Source of the DNA: Myxococcota bacterium
Lineage (GTDB): Bacteria; Myxococcota_A; UBA796; SXON01
DNA length: 64,000 bases
NCBI GenBank assembly: GCA_040386535.1
Contig: JAZKFH010000009.1
Span: forward strand, 96,001-160,000
Direction of reading: 5' to 3'
The notes beneath the pieces are model-generated. The model worked only from the letters and a program-made list of their open reading frames with translations, made no database searches and was not told where the DNA came from. A program made the position numbers and the translations under genes. Every line of letters starts with the position of its first letter. The first letter of the stretch is position 1. Shown piece after piece: positions 1 through 10,008 of the stretch.

Positions 1-1409
1 AAGTCGGCGCTGACCTGCGTGCCGTCGAGCGTCAGGTCGATGACGGCGAACACGCTGGCCTGCAGCCACTCCTCGCACTCCCCGTCGATCACCGTCTCGA
101 TGCCGACCTGCACGTCGGGGAGGTAGGCGCGCGCGAGCGGCGTGCCGGCGCCAGGGACCATGCGGATCACCCGCGCCTCGCCCACGTGCAGCGCGATGCA
201 GTAGCCGTTCGTCTCGTCCGGCATCTCGTTGCCACCGTCGAGCGCGGCGATCCCGCTGCCGAGGAGCGCGCCGTACTCCCCCTCGAGCATGAGATCGATG
301 TCGAGGAAACCCGCCAAGGTCTCGTCGAGCAGCACGTTGAACATCCCCTCGTGCACGGCGGCGCCGAGCTCGTAGGAAAGGCCGGACGGGGTGGTCGCGC
401 CGAGGGTCGCCACCTCGGGCATCGCGTCGGCGGCGTCCTCGCCGTAGCCGACGGTGGCGCCGAGCGACACGCCCTGGCCGCCCGCGTCCACATCGACGAG
501 CTGGGCGGCGAGCCGCGTGCCGAGGAGATCGAGATCGAAGGCGAAGGGGCCGCCGATGGGGATGTCTCCCACCTGGTCGAGCAGAAGGTCCCCGAGACCC
601 GCGCCGAGGCTGGAGACGAGGTCCGCCACGGGATCGAGCAAGAGATCGGTGATCCACTCGGGGATCTCCCAGCCCTCGACGGACATCGTGATGTCGCCGA
701 TGTCCACGATCGCGTCCCCGAGGGAGAGGCCGAGCATGCCGTCCGCGTCGATCCACGGCGTGGCGTGGGCGCCCATGCCGACCTCGCCGAGCGAGACGCC
801 GAGCTGGAAGGTGAACGCGTCGAGCACCGTCACGTCGGTGAGGATCGTCACGTCGTGGAGCGTGACCGCGAGGCTGATCGAGTCGAAGCCCGGCGCGAGG
901 TCGGCGGTGGTGCCGGACGAGGTGACGGAGACGGGGGTGAGGTCGACATACTCGGTGTCGATCGGGGGGAGCGCGGAGAGGATCAGATCCTGCCATCCCA
1001 GCGAGTCCACGAGATCGGCCACCATGGGCTCGAGCGCGTCGAGGCCGGTGGGGGTCAGCAGGCCCGCGATGGCGCCGGGGTCGGCCGCGCGGGGGTCGGT
1101 CCCGTCGAAGACAGGCACGATCTGGCGGACGCGCTGGTCGAGTGCGATGGCGGTCACGTCGACAACCACGGCGCGATCGTCGAACGCGAGCACGGTGGAG
1201 AAGGCGCCGAGCTCGTCGGCAGGCACGGCCGTGCCGTTGACCTGGACGTAGGCGCTCGCCGGCGTGACGATGCCCGAGACGGTGATGCCCTCCGCCCCGA
1301 GGAAGGCGCCGTAGGTCGGCGAGGTCAACGTGAGCGAGAGCGGCTCGGGCGCGCCGGGCCCCTTGATGTCGTAGTCGTTGCTGCAGGCGGTCAAGAGGAG
1401 GAGGAGCAT
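1..1409 (-). CDS. Lipoprotein, uncharacterised, possibly lipid-binding; runs off the left window edge
   Basis: Absent from the ORF track because it has no stop in the window. Hand translation from ATG at 1409 gives MLLLLLTACSNDYDIKGP... (lipobox LTAC) and stays open to position 3. A TATACT -10 box lies upstream at 1431-1436 on the minus strand. Confidence 0.75.
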   Translation of the reverse strand, partial: MLLLLLTACSNDYDIKGPGAPEPLSLTLTSPTYGAFLGAEGITVSGIVTPASAYVQVNGTAVPADELGAFSTVLAFDDRAVVVDVTAIALDQRVRQIVPVFDGTDPRAADPGAIAGLLTPTGLDALEPMVADLVDSLGWQDLILSALPPIDTEYVDLTPVSVTSSGTTADLAPGFDSISLAVTLHDVTILTDVTVLDAFTFQLGVSLGEVGMGAHATPWIDADGMLGLSLGDAIVDIGDITMSVEGWEIPEWITDLLLDPVADLVSSLGAGLGDLLLDQVGDIPIGGPFAFDLDLLGTRLAAQLVDVDAGGQGVSLGATVGYGEDAADAMPEVATLGATTPSGLSYELGAAVHEGMFNVLLDETLAGFLDIDLMLEGEYGALLGSGIAALDGGNEMPDETNGYCIALHVGEARVIRMVPGAGTPLARAYLPDVQVGIETVIDGECEEWLQASVFAVIDLTLDGTQVSAD

Positions 1410-1497
1410 GCGAAACCCCGAGCGCGGCACAGTATAGCCGCGCCCGGGGTCAAGGGTAGGATCCGGTTGAATCGGGGCTCTTGCGAGGCGGCCGGGG

Positions 1498-2565
1498 CTA
1501 TCGACGCGCGACGGAGGCGATGCCCTCGACGGAGGCCGCGACCAGCCCACGCTCGGTCAGGATGCCCGTGATGAGGTTCGCCGGGGTCACGTCGAACGCG
1601 GGGTTCCGGGCGCCCGAAGACGCGGGGGCGGTGCGGACGCGGATGAAGCGGCCGTCGTCCGACCAGCCCCAGACGTAGAGCACCTCGTCTTCCGAGCGCT
1701 CCTCGATGGGGATGTCGTCGCCCGTGGGCGTGTGCATCGCGATGGTCGTGGTGGGTGCCGCCACGTAGAAGGGCACACCGGCGGCCTTGGCGGCCAGCGC
1801 CGAGGTGTAGGTGCCGATCTTGTTGGCGACGTCGCCGTTGGCGGCGATGCGGTCGCTCCCGACGATGACCATGTCGATGGCGCCGGCCTTGAGGTAGTGG
1901 CCGGTGGCGTTGTCGGCGATGACGGCGTGGCGCACGCCCTCCTGGCCGAGCTCCCAGGCGGTGAGCTGGCTGCCCTGCTGGCGAGGACGGGTCTCGTCGA
2001 CGAACACGAACACGTCGGTGCCGCCGCGGTGCGCCGCGTAGATGGGGGAGAGCGCGCTGCCCCAGTCCACGAACGCGAGCCAGCCCGCGTTGCAGTGGGT
2101 GCTCACGCGGGGGCGGCTCGCGACGATGGGCGCGCCGAGCTCGCCGATGCGGCGGCAGCTCTCCGCGTCGTCGTCGGCGAACGCGTTGGCCGCGGCGACG
2201 GCGGCGTCGCGTGCGCGGTCGACGTTGTCGCCCTCCGCCTCGATCGCGCGGAGCACGTAGTCGATGCCCGCGAACAGGTTCTGCGCGGTGGGGCGCGTGG
2301 CGCGCAGGTGGTTGGCGGCCTCGGCCACGTCCGCGTGGAAGCTCCCGGGCCGCGCGGAGACGGCGGCCTGGGCCAGCCCGAGCGCGCCGGTCGCGCCGAT
2401 GGCGCCCGCGCCCCGCACCGTCATGTCGCGGATGGCGCGCGCGGTGTCCGCGTAGGTCGCCATGTCCACGATCGCGAAGCGGTGGGGGAGGAGGGGCTGA
2501 TCGATCATCTTGACCACGCCGTCCGCCCACCAGACGGTGCGGGTGGGGGTTCCGTCGACGCGCAT
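1498..2565 (-). CDS. mtnA: S-methyl-5-thioribose-1-phosphate isomerase
   Basis: Motifs VRGAGAIG, RPTAQNL, THCNAG, DETRP.QG, GSDRIAANGDVANKIGT and NPAFDVTP. Confidence 0.95.
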   Translation of the reverse strand: MRVDGTPTRTVWWADGVVKMIDQPLLPHRFAIVDMATYADTARAIRDMTVRGAGAIGATGALGLAQAAVSARPGSFHADVAEAANHLRATRPTAQNLFAGIDYVLRAIEAEGDNVDRARDAAVAAANAFADDDAESCRRIGELGAPIVASRPRVSTHCNAGWLAFVDWGSALSPIYAAHRGGTDVFVFVDETRPRQQGSQLTAWELGQEGVRHAVIADNATGHYLKAGAIDMVIVGSDRIAANGDVANKIGTYTSALAAKAAGVPFYVAAPTTTIAMHTPTGDDIPIEERSEDEVLYVWGWSDDGRFIRVRTAPASSGARNPAFDVTPANLITGILTERGLVAASVEGIASVARR

Positions 2566-2640
2566 GCGGGGCTCCGGGAGAGGGCTGCCATCCTAACGCA
2601 GGCGGGACGCCGTTCCGAGGGCCGGCGTTTACAGGAGGGC

Positions 2641-3564
2641 ATGCTCCGCAGCGTCGGTCTGTTCTACGTCGTGGCCCTGGCCTGGAGCGCCACGTGCGCG
2701 CTCGCCCCCCTGATCGGCCCTTCGCTCGCCCCCGACGTGCCCGCCCCCACGTGGCTCGTCGTCGCCGGGGTGCCCTCCATGTTCGGCCCGCTCGTGGCCG
2801 CGGTCGTCGCGTCCCGGCGGGAGGGCGTGCCCTTCTCCGCGTCGATCGGGCTGCGATGGAAGCCGAACCGGTGGTGGGTCGCGTCGTGGCTCGCGCCCAT
2901 CCCCTTCGTCGCGGCGGTGATCGTCGCGAGCGCAGCACTGCCTGGGGTCGACCTCGCCACGCCGCTGGAGGCCGTGCGTGCGCGCTACGGCGGCAGCTTA
3001 CCGCCCGCCGAGCTCGCCCGGGCCGAAGCCGCGCTCGCCACGGTGCCCCCCGTGATGGTCGCCGTCCTCGGCACGCTCGCTGGCTTGATTGCGGGCGCCA
3101 CGGTGAACGCGGTCGCGGCGTTCGGCGAGGAGGCGGGCTGGCGCGGCTACCTGCCCCGCGTGCTCCGCGAGGCGCGCTTCTGGCCCGCCGCGCTCGGCAC
3201 CGGCGCGCTCTGGGGCCTCTGGCACGCGCCCCTGGTCCTCCAGGGCTACAACTTCCCCGAGCACCCGCTGGCCGGCGCCGGGTGGATGGTGGTGGCGTGC
3301 GCGCTGCTGTCGCCGCCGATCCTGTGGCTGCGCGGGAAGGCGCGCTCGGTCGTGGCGGCGGCGCTGCTGCACGGAACGCTCAACGGCGTGGCGGGGATGA
3401 CGGCCCTGTTCCTGGTGGGCGGCACGTCGTTCTCGGCGGGCCCGCTCGGCGTGCCGGCGTGTGGGCTGCTGCTCGCCGCGAACCTGCTCGTCTTCGCGAG
3501 GGTGCCCGCCACGGCGCGCATGGGGGACGTGGTGCTCTCGGAGGCGTCTACAGGAACGGGGTAG
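2641..3564 (+). CDS. CPBP (CAAX/Abi) family intramembrane metalloprotease
   Basis: FGEEAGWRGYL, WGLWHAP and LLHGTLN motifs; multiple TM segments. AGGAGG precedes ATG 2641; the track ORF from 1732 is over-extended. Confidence 0.9.
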   Translation: MLRSVGLFYVVALAWSATCALAPLIGPSLAPDVPAPTWLVVAGVPSMFGPLVAAVVASRREGVPFSASIGLRWKPNRWWVASWLAPIPFVAAVIVASAALPGVDLATPLEAVRARYGGSLPPAELARAEAALATVPPVMVAVLGTLAGLIAGATVNAVAAFGEEAGWRGYLPRVLREARFWPAALGTGALWGLWHAPLVLQGYNFPEHPLAGAGWMVVACALLSPPILWLRGKARSVVAAALLHGTLNGVAGMTALFLVGGTSFSAGPLGVPACGLLLAANLLVFARVPATARMGDVVLSEASTGTG

Positions 3565-3637
3565 CTGGGGCGCGGCGCCTTCAGCAACAAGATGTTCGCC
3601 TCCCCCGAACGGTCGATAGACTGCCAGGATAGCGGAC

Positions 3638-5290
3638 GTGGAGCTCTCCTTGACCCTCTTCCTCCTCCTAGCGTGCGCTGGCCCCGACAAAGGCGACTCG
3701 ATGCCGTCGGAGACGGACACCGACACCGATACGGACGCGGATACCGACGCGGACACGGACACCGATACCGACACCGATGCGGACACCGACCGCCCGCCGG
3801 CCGACGCGGACGGGGATGGCTGGCCCGTCGGGACGGACTGCGACGACGAGAACGCGGCGGTTCACCCGGAGGCCCAAGAGACCTGGTACGACGGGGTGGA
3901 CGCGGACTGTCTGGGGGACGACGACGACGATCAGGACGGGGACGGCCACTCGGCGATCGCGCGCGGGGGGGACGACTGCGACGACACGATGCGGACGGTG
4001 TACCCGGGCGCGACCGAACAGTGTGATCCGGTGGACCACGACTGTGACGGGGACCCGCTGCCCGCGGGTGTGTGCGCGCAGGTGCAGGATGCCCGGCTCC
4101 TCGGGCGGGACATCTCGCGGTACTCATGGGGTCACATGGGCCTGATCTCCGACCTCACCGGAGACGGCGTGGCGGATCTGGTGAGCCAGAACCAATACTG
4201 GCTACCCGGGACCGTGGTGTGGCGGGCGACCGACCCGGTTCCCGCTCGCGCCGGGGTGTTTCCGGACTCGACGTTCGCGTCCTGGTACGAGGGGAGCGGC
4301 GCGAACACCGGCCCCCTCGACGCGGGGGACGTGAACGGGGACGGGTACAACGACCTGGCGATCGCCTACAATCAGACGCCGTTCGGTATCGCGTTGTTCT
4401 ACGGGCCGATCGCGGATGACGGTCGGGTGCTGGACGCGGAGGCTCCCGACGCGTGGTGGCGGGAGGAATGCCCGGACATCTACAGCTCGTGCCACCACGA
4501 GAACGTGTTCGCGGACTTCGACGGGGACGGGCTGAACGACGCCTTGACGCTGGTGTACGCCAAGAAAGGGGGCGGCACCTACGTGTTCTACGGGGACGGC
4601 GGTTCGGCCTGGTTGGGCGCCGGGTGGTTGGCGGACCTGTACGGGCCCGGCGACCTCGACGGGGACGGCCATCCGGAGGTGATCGGCGACTGGTCGATCC
4701 TCGACGGCGCGGCGCTCGCGGAGGGCAGGGTGGATGTTCGGGCCGAACTCGAGTACGGCGAGGGGATGCAGCCCTACTTCTGGGGGCGCTTGCCGGACCT
4801 CGACGGGGACGGGGTGGAGGAGCTGGTGTACTCCGGGGCCACGCATCGGGACGACACCTGGGAGATGCTGTTCTTTCAACCCGGCGTGGCGGGCATGTTC
4901 GGTTTGGCAGATGCCCTGGGCGGCTATCGCCGGCTCGATGACGAAGTGTACGGCGGGGCCGTGCGCCCCTGCAACGCCTTCGGGGACGGCGGAACCAGCG
5001 TGTTCGGGCTTGATTCGGAAGCGGGCGTAGGCGGCCTGGAGATCTTCCAACTCCCTGGAACGATCCCCCCGCGCGGCACGATCCTGCCGAGCCGCTCGGT
5101 CCGTATCGAAGGGAACGTGGGGTCTGTCAGTCACAGCAACTGCGCCGACGTGACCGGCGACGGTCGGGACGACATCGCGTTCCAGAAATACGAAGATGTG
5201 GACGACGATCCGGGGGACCGCGCGCTGATGCTCGTGCCCGGCTTCGAGTTGGATTGGGAAGACGACACGTTGTGGGACACGGGGATCTGA
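3638..5290 (+). CDS. Acidic lipoprotein with a DT/DA low-complexity tract, DCDD metal-binding repeats and FG-GAP-like repeats
   Basis: Lipobox LLLAC; (DT/DA)n tract; DADGDG...DCDD...P.A.E repeats; several D-x-[DNT]-G-D-G-x-x-D repeats. Confidence 0.8.
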   Translation: MELSLTLFLLLACAGPDKGDSMPSETDTDTDTDADTDADTDTDTDTDADTDRPPADADGDGWPVGTDCDDENAAVHPEAQETWYDGVDADCLGDDDDDQDGDGHSAIARGGDDCDDTMRTVYPGATEQCDPVDHDCDGDPLPAGVCAQVQDARLLGRDISRYSWGHMGLISDLTGDGVADLVSQNQYWLPGTVVWRATDPVPARAGVFPDSTFASWYEGSGANTGPLDAGDVNGDGYNDLAIAYNQTPFGIALFYGPIADDGRVLDAEAPDAWWREECPDIYSSCHHENVFADFDGDGLNDALTLVYAKKGGGTYVFYGDGGSAWLGAGWLADLYGPGDLDGDGHPEVIGDWSILDGAALAEGRVDVRAELEYGEGMQPYFWGRLPDLDGDGVEELVYSGATHRDDTWEMLFFQPGVAGMFGLADALGGYRRLDDEVYGGAVRPCNAFGDGGTSVFGLDSEAGVGGLEIFQLPGTIPPRGTILPSRSVRIEGNVGSVSHSNCADVTGDGRDDIAFQKYEDVDDDPGDRALMLVPGFELDWEDDTLWDTGI

Positions 5291-5325
5291 CGGGCCGCCG
5301 CGAGGTGGGTCGTGTCGTCCGCCCG

Positions 5326-6114
5326 CTACTCCAGCACGGCCCGCAATACCTGCTTGAGCAGGCGCGCCGCCGCCCGCTCACACGCGGCGCGGGTGGCCTG
5401 CTCCCGCGCGAGTGCCGGCTCGGCCTCCTCGGCCACAGCGGCCACGCGGAAGCCGTCCGTCGTCTCGTCGAGCGTGCGGAAGCGCACGCGGGTGGCCTCG
5501 AAGCGGGCCTCGGCGCGGGTCAGCGCGCCCGCGGGGCCTGTGGTGACCGGGTCGAGCGCGGCGATGGAGAGCGTGGCGTACACGATCACGTCTACATCGG
5601 GGTGCCCGGCGTCCGCCCACTTGAGCCCGAGGTCGGACACGTGCCGGCGGAACAACTCGGCGACCGCGCGCGACTCCTTCTCCTGCTCGGGCGCGACCCC
5701 TTCCCAGATGAGGGTGATGGTGCGCGCGGGCGCGAGGCGGGCCTTGCCGGCCTCGGTCTGCATCCAGGCGCGGAACACGTCGGGGATATCGGTGCCCGGG
5801 TAGTAGGTCGAGCGCTGATCGGCCGCGACCCCGAGCACCGCGATCGCGTAGCGGTTCGGATCGGTGGTGCGCCACGCGGCGGCGGACGCGCGTGCCTGCA
5901 TCAGGGCGAGCTGGTCCTCCAGCATGGCGGAGACGGCCTCCTGGCCCGTGCGGCGGCTCTCCGCGAGGCACGCGCCCCACACGCCGGCGGCGCGTGTGTA
6001 GTCGTGCACGGCCTCGGCCGGGGTCGCCACCTGCTGGCACAACACGACCTGCCGCTCCTCGGGGGAGAGGGTGTCGAGGAGGCCGGCCATCGCGGGGAAC
6101 ACGAGCAGGATCAT
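5326..6114 (-). CDS. Hypothetical protein, possibly secreted
   Basis: 262 aa ORF with a short hydrophobic N-terminus, 9 bp downstream of the metallophosphoesterase gene; no family recognised. Confidence 0.65.
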   Translation of the reverse strand: MILLVFPAMAGLLDTLSPEERQVVLCQQVATPAEAVHDYTRAAGVWGACLAESRRTGQEAVSAMLEDQLALMQARASAAAWRTTDPNRYAIAVLGVAADQRSTYYPGTDIPDVFRAWMQTEAGKARLAPARTITLIWEGVAPEQEKESRAVAELFRRHVSDLGLKWADAGHPDVDVIVYATLSIAALDPVTTGPAGALTRAEARFEATRVRFRTLDETTDGFRVAAVAEEAEPALAREQATRAACERAAARLLKQVLRAVLE

Positions 6115-6123
6115 CGTCGCGAC

Positions 6124-7161
6124 TTACCTTCGCGTACCATGTAGCCCCGTGCGGCGCAGCTCGCCCGAGCGATACCGGAACCAGCCGAGGTACTGGTTCC
6201 GCCACCACCGTTCGAAGGTGAGCTTGTCCAGATCGCCGTCGAGCAGCGGGCGGTACAGCTCGTCGCCGTACTCGCGCCCGGAGAGCCAGTCCCGCACCTT
6301 CGCGGTGCCGCCTTCGAGCACGGCGTACTGGGCCCAGCCGAAGGTCCACGAGCCGCAGTTCACGAAGCGGATGCCCTCGTGGAGCACGTTCGCCGGCATG
6401 TGGGAGTGGCCGCAGACGACCGTGGTGGCGCCGCGCTTTCGGGCCTCCTGCACGGCCGGCCGGAACATCAGCATCGGGTCGCCCGCCTCGTTGCGCACCC
6501 AGTAGTCCACGAAGAACTCGGCCTTCTTGACCGGCCCCTCGATGCCGATGCGGCGGAGCATCCGGTTTCGAAGGGTGAGCCAGAGCGTGTACTTGTGGAA
6601 CAACCAGAACGAGACGCGGTTGCCGCGGGTGTAGAAATCGGCGAGGGGCAGGCGGATCCAGGTCCCGAAGGTGTGCTCGATCCAGTGGTGGAACCGCGTG
6701 GCGGTGTCCGACTCGTTCAGGTTCGCGCCGATCCACGGATCGAAGCCGTGGCCGTGCTCGACCAGCGTGTCGTCCCCGATCCAGAGCTCGTCACACACGT
6801 CGAAGCGCAACAGATCCCGGTAGACGTGCAGGTCGTGGTCGTGGTTGCCGACGACGTACCAGACCCCGTTGGTGGCCGCGAGGTCGGCGAAGGCGCGCAG
6901 GAGCTTGCCGTGCGCGCGCAGCACCGCCGTGAAGTCACCCGCCTGGAGGAAATCGATCGCGTCGCCGTTGATGACGAGCGTGGCGCCCGCGGCGCGCACC
7001 TGGTCGAGCAGCGCGAACAGGGCGCGGTCCTTGCCCATGAAGCTGTCGGAGCGGCCCCCGTTGCCGAGGTGGAGATCGGACACGATCCAGACCGGACGGT
7101 CGGCCTTGATGCGGCGCACCACGCGCTCGTGGCGGCCCGCGGACCAGGGATAGTTGCTCAT
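6124..7161 (-). CDS. Calcineurin-like metallophosphoesterase (LpxH/YbbF-like)
   Basis: All five motifs present: SDLHLG, NGDAID, GNHD, EHGH, CGHSH. The start is taken as ATG 7161 (MSNYPW) because the upstream part of the track ORF overlaps engB. Confidence 0.85.
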   Translation of the reverse strand: MSNYPWSAGRHERVVRRIKADRPVWIVSDLHLGNGGRSDSFMGKDRALFALLDQVRAAGATLVINGDAIDFLQAGDFTAVLRAHGKLLRAFADLAATNGVWYVVGNHDHDLHVYRDLLRFDVCDELWIGDDTLVEHGHGFDPWIGANLNESDTATRFHHWIEHTFGTWIRLPLADFYTRGNRVSFWLFHKYTLWLTLRNRMLRRIGIEGPVKKAEFFVDYWVRNEAGDPMLMFRPAVQEARKRGATTVVCGHSHMPANVLHEGIRFVNCGSWTFGWAQYAVLEGGTAKVRDWLSGREYGDELYRPLLDGDLDKLTFERWWRNQYLGWFRYRSGELRRTGLHGTRR

Positions 7162-7245
7162 CGGGGACCGGGAGAGGGCACACGCTGAAAATAGCGCGGC
7201 CGCGGCCCCGCGGCGCGGTTCCCGCGCGCCGTGATAGGCGCGCGG

Positions 7246-7824
7246 ATGGCAAAACCAGTAGGTCGTACCCGTTTCCTCGGGTCCTTCGTCGACACCCTCC
7301 CGGAGCCCTCGCTCCCCGAAGTGGCCTTCGCCGGCCGCTCCAACGTAGGCAAGTCCTCCGCGATCAACGCGCTCATCGGCGCGACCGTGGCGCGTGTCGC
7401 CAAGACCCCGGGGCGCACCCAGGCGCTCAACCTGTTCGAGGTCGACGCGGCGTGGATCGCCGTCGATCTGCCCGGATACGGCTACGCCAAGGTCAGCAAG
7501 AGTATGCGCGAGGGCTGGAAGGGGCTCATCGAGGGCTACCTCGGTGACCGGCCCACGCTCCGGCTGGTCGTCTGCCTGGTCGATCCGCGCGTGCCGCCCC
7601 AGGAGATGGACACGAACCTCCTGCACGGCCTCGCCGACGCGGGCATCCCCACGCTCGTGGTGGCGACGAAGATCGACGCCTTCACGCGGACCCGGCGCGC
7701 GGACGCACTCCGCGCGCTCGCCGCCGCCCACGACATCGATCCCGCCCACCTCATCGGCTTCTCGGCGCACGAGGGCATCGGCAAGGACGAGGTCCTCAAC
7801 GCGATACGGGCCGCGGTGCGGTAG
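7246..7824 (+). CDS. engB: Ribosome biogenesis GTPase EngB/YihA
   Basis: PEVAFAGRSNVGKSS, PGRTQ, DLPGYGYA, TKID. Confidence 0.95.
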   Translation: MAKPVGRTRFLGSFVDTLPEPSLPEVAFAGRSNVGKSSAINALIGATVARVAKTPGRTQALNLFEVDAAWIAVDLPGYGYAKVSKSMREGWKGLIEGYLGDRPTLRLVVCLVDPRVPPQEMDTNLLHGLADAGIPTLVVATKIDAFTRTRRADALRALAAAHDIDPAHLIGFSAHEGIGKDEVLNAIRAAVR

Positions 7825-7856
7825 CACCACGGCCCGTTCGCAAGGCTCAGTGGAGC

Positions 7857-7895
7857 GGAGCGCCTCCCGACTCCAGCGGGTCGGGGCGGCGCTCC
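7857..7895. terminator. GC-rich hairpin between convergent genes (terminator-like, no U tract)
   Basis: GGAGCGCCTCCCGACT-ccagcg-GGTCGGGG(c)GGCGCTCC forms a ~16 bp stem with two G-T pairs and one bulge, between the stops at 7824 and 7904. Confidence 0.55.
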
Positions 7896-7903
7896 TCAGC
7901 CGA

Positions 7904-9931
7904 TCAGAACTCGGTGCCCGGGACCACGACGATGATGTCCAGGGTGTCGAGCAGGATGCTCGAGTCGCCGAGGACGTTCAGCGTGAGCAGGTAGAGCTGA
8001 TCTTCGCTGGTCGCCGCGACGGTGCCGCGGAACGTGAGCGTGAAGGTCAGGATCGCGCCGGAGTCGTCGGCGCCCAGATCCTCGTAGTAGGCCGGGTCGA
8101 TCGAGGTGACGAAGCCGTACTCGTCGCCCTCGACCGAGAGGTCGACGCGGGTGAAGCGGATGCTCGCCACGAGCTGGGTGATGGCCTCGACGATGGTTTC
8201 CCGGAACGCGGCGTTGCTGCCCGACCAGGTCTGCACGACCTCTTCCGCGGCGACGCCGTCCCCGTCGAGATCCGCGAGCGAGCCGGTGGCGTTCGCGAAC
8301 GTGATCATCTGGGGGTAGCCGGTGGTGCCGTTGACCGACACGCCGACGAAGTAGGCGCCGATGTCCGCGAAGGCGGCGACGGCGTCGGACATGCCGGCGT
8401 CGATGGGGCAGCCACCCGGAGTGCCGCTGTAGTATCCGGTGGTCTCGGGATCGCGGAAGTAGTTGTCGCTCGCGACGACGATGATCGGGAGGGCGTACTC
8501 GCGGAACCCGAAGCCGCCGATGACGCCGCCGTCGACCGTGTCGGGGTCGTTCCACTCCCCGCCGGCGCCGCCGAAGGGGTCCGTGGCGTCGGCGATGAAC
8601 GGGTACACGTCGGTCGTCGAGTCGTAGGTGCCGTCACAATCCTGGTCGTACCCGGCGCCGGTGGCGGCCTGGTAGAGGGCCTCGGTGCCGGACTCCGGGC
8701 CGTCGTTGCCGGAGTGGGTGCTCAAGGACGAGAACGCGGACTGCACGGCGGCATCGTCGGTGGTGATCTGCTGGCGCACGTAGAACGGCTTGTCAACGCC
8801 GGGCGAGCCGTAGCCGCCGAAGGCGTAGTCGTCGTGGGCCCCGACACCGTACGCGGCGTCGGGGAGGAGGTCCTCGAGCTCGGAGACGATCTGTGCGAAC
8901 TCGGTCGAGACGGCGGTGATGGTGCCGCCCATGGAGCAGGTGGTGTCGGTGATGAACGCGATGTCGCCGCGCTCGATGTTCAGCTCGAACTCGAAGTTCT
9001 CCTCGACCGTCGTGCGCTCGGGCACGACGACGTAGATACCGTCGATGATGCTGGTGGGGTCGAGCGGGTCGGTCTCGGCCTTGACCTCGCCGCCGTCGGA
9101 GAAGCCGTCTCCGTCGCTGTCCGCGTCGTACGGGTCGGTGCCCATGATGATCTCGTCTTCGTCGCGGAGGCTGTCGCCGTCCGCGTCTTCGTCGGCGTAG
9201 TCGGGGCGGCCGTCACCGTCCGTGTCGCGCGGCGTGACCGTGGGGTCCCCACCGGTGCCGCCCTCGTCGGCGTCGAGGAGGCCGTCGGCGTCGCTGTCGG
9301 CGTCGAGGAAGTCGGGCGTGCCGTCGTCGTCGGAGTCGACCGGGTCGGTCGAGAAGTCGGTGGCGCCGCTCTCGTCGTAGTCGGAGATGCCGTCCCCGTC
9401 AGAGTCGAGGTCGAGGTAGTCGGGGACGGTGTCCCCGTCGGTGTCGGTCGCGACGCCGCCGCTGACCTCGTCCTCATCGGCGATACCGTCATTGTCGTTG
9501 TCGGTGTCCTGGAAGTCGCGGATCTCGTCGCCGTCGGTGTCGATCGCGCCGCCGTCGTCACGGCCGGCCTCGACCGAGTCCGGGACGCCGTTGCCGTCGG
9601 AGTCGTCGTCGAGGAAGTCGTAGACGCCGTCGCCGTCGGAGTCGACGGGGAGCGTTTCGGGGTCGGCGTCGCCGGCCTCGATGATGTCGCGGATGGTGTC
9701 GCCGTCGGCGTCCTTGTCCTCGAAGTTGGGCTTCTCGTCGCCGTCGGCATCACCCTCGCCCTCGTGGATGTCGAGGATGGTGTCCTCGTCAGCGTCCGGC
9801 TGCAGGGGATCCACGTCGACGCCGGAGGTGTCGTCGGTCGTCGACGACGTGTCATCGATCTTCGAGCCGTCCGGGCTGTCACAGCCGTAGAGAGCGAGCG
9901 CCAGGAGGAGGGGGAGTCCGAATCGCGACAT
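7904..9931 (-). CDS. CglD-like lipoprotein: thrombospondin type-3 Ca-binding repeats plus a vWA (beta-integrin-like) domain
   Basis: Lipobox LYGC; about a dozen D-x-D-x-DG-x-x-D repeats; DIAFITDTTCSM MIDAS-like motif; DGPESGTEALYQ segment. Confidence 0.8.
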   Translation of the reverse strand: MSRFGLPLLLALALYGCDSPDGSKIDDTSSTTDDTSGVDVDPLQPDADEDTILDIHEGEGDADGDEKPNFEDKDADGDTIRDIIEAGDADPETLPVDSDGDGVYDFLDDDSDGNGVPDSVEAGRDDGGAIDTDGDEIRDFQDTDNDNDGIADEDEVSGGVATDTDGDTVPDYLDLDSDGDGISDYDESGATDFSTDPVDSDDDGTPDFLDADSDADGLLDADEGGTGGDPTVTPRDTDGDGRPDYADEDADGDSLRDEDEIIMGTDPYDADSDGDGFSDGGEVKAETDPLDPTSIIDGIYVVVPERTTVEENFEFELNIERGDIAFITDTTCSMGGTITAVSTEFAQIVSELEDLLPDAAYGVGAHDDYAFGGYGSPGVDKPFYVRQQITTDDAAVQSAFSSLSTHSGNDGPESGTEALYQAATGAGYDQDCDGTYDSTTDVYPFIADATDPFGGAGGEWNDPDTVDGGVIGGFGFREYALPIIVVASDNYFRDPETTGYYSGTPGGCPIDAGMSDAVAAFADIGAYFVGVSVNGTTGYPQMITFANATGSLADLDGDGVAAEEVVQTWSGSNAAFRETIVEAITQLVASIRFTRVDLSVEGDEYGFVTSIDPAYYEDLGADDSGAILTFTLTFRGTVAATSEDQLYLLTLNVLGDSSILLDTLDIIVVVPGTEF

Positions 9932-10008
9932 GGAGCACACCGGGAGGCTCCTACGATAGACCAAGTTCGGTTCACGGTGCTACCTCTACGCGAGGTTGAG
10001 GATCAAAA

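Noticed and set aside
3711..3790. DT/DA microsatellite-like tract and other short tandem repeats (26340-26740, 35778-35830, 59903-59970) as regulatory repeats
   Set aside because: All lie in frame within CDSs with unit lengths divisible by 3, encoding flexible linkers.
6124..7161. Gene symbol lpxH
   Set aside because: The metallophosphoesterase motifs are clear, but GNHD differs from the GNRD of classical LpxH and no lpx genes are nearby.
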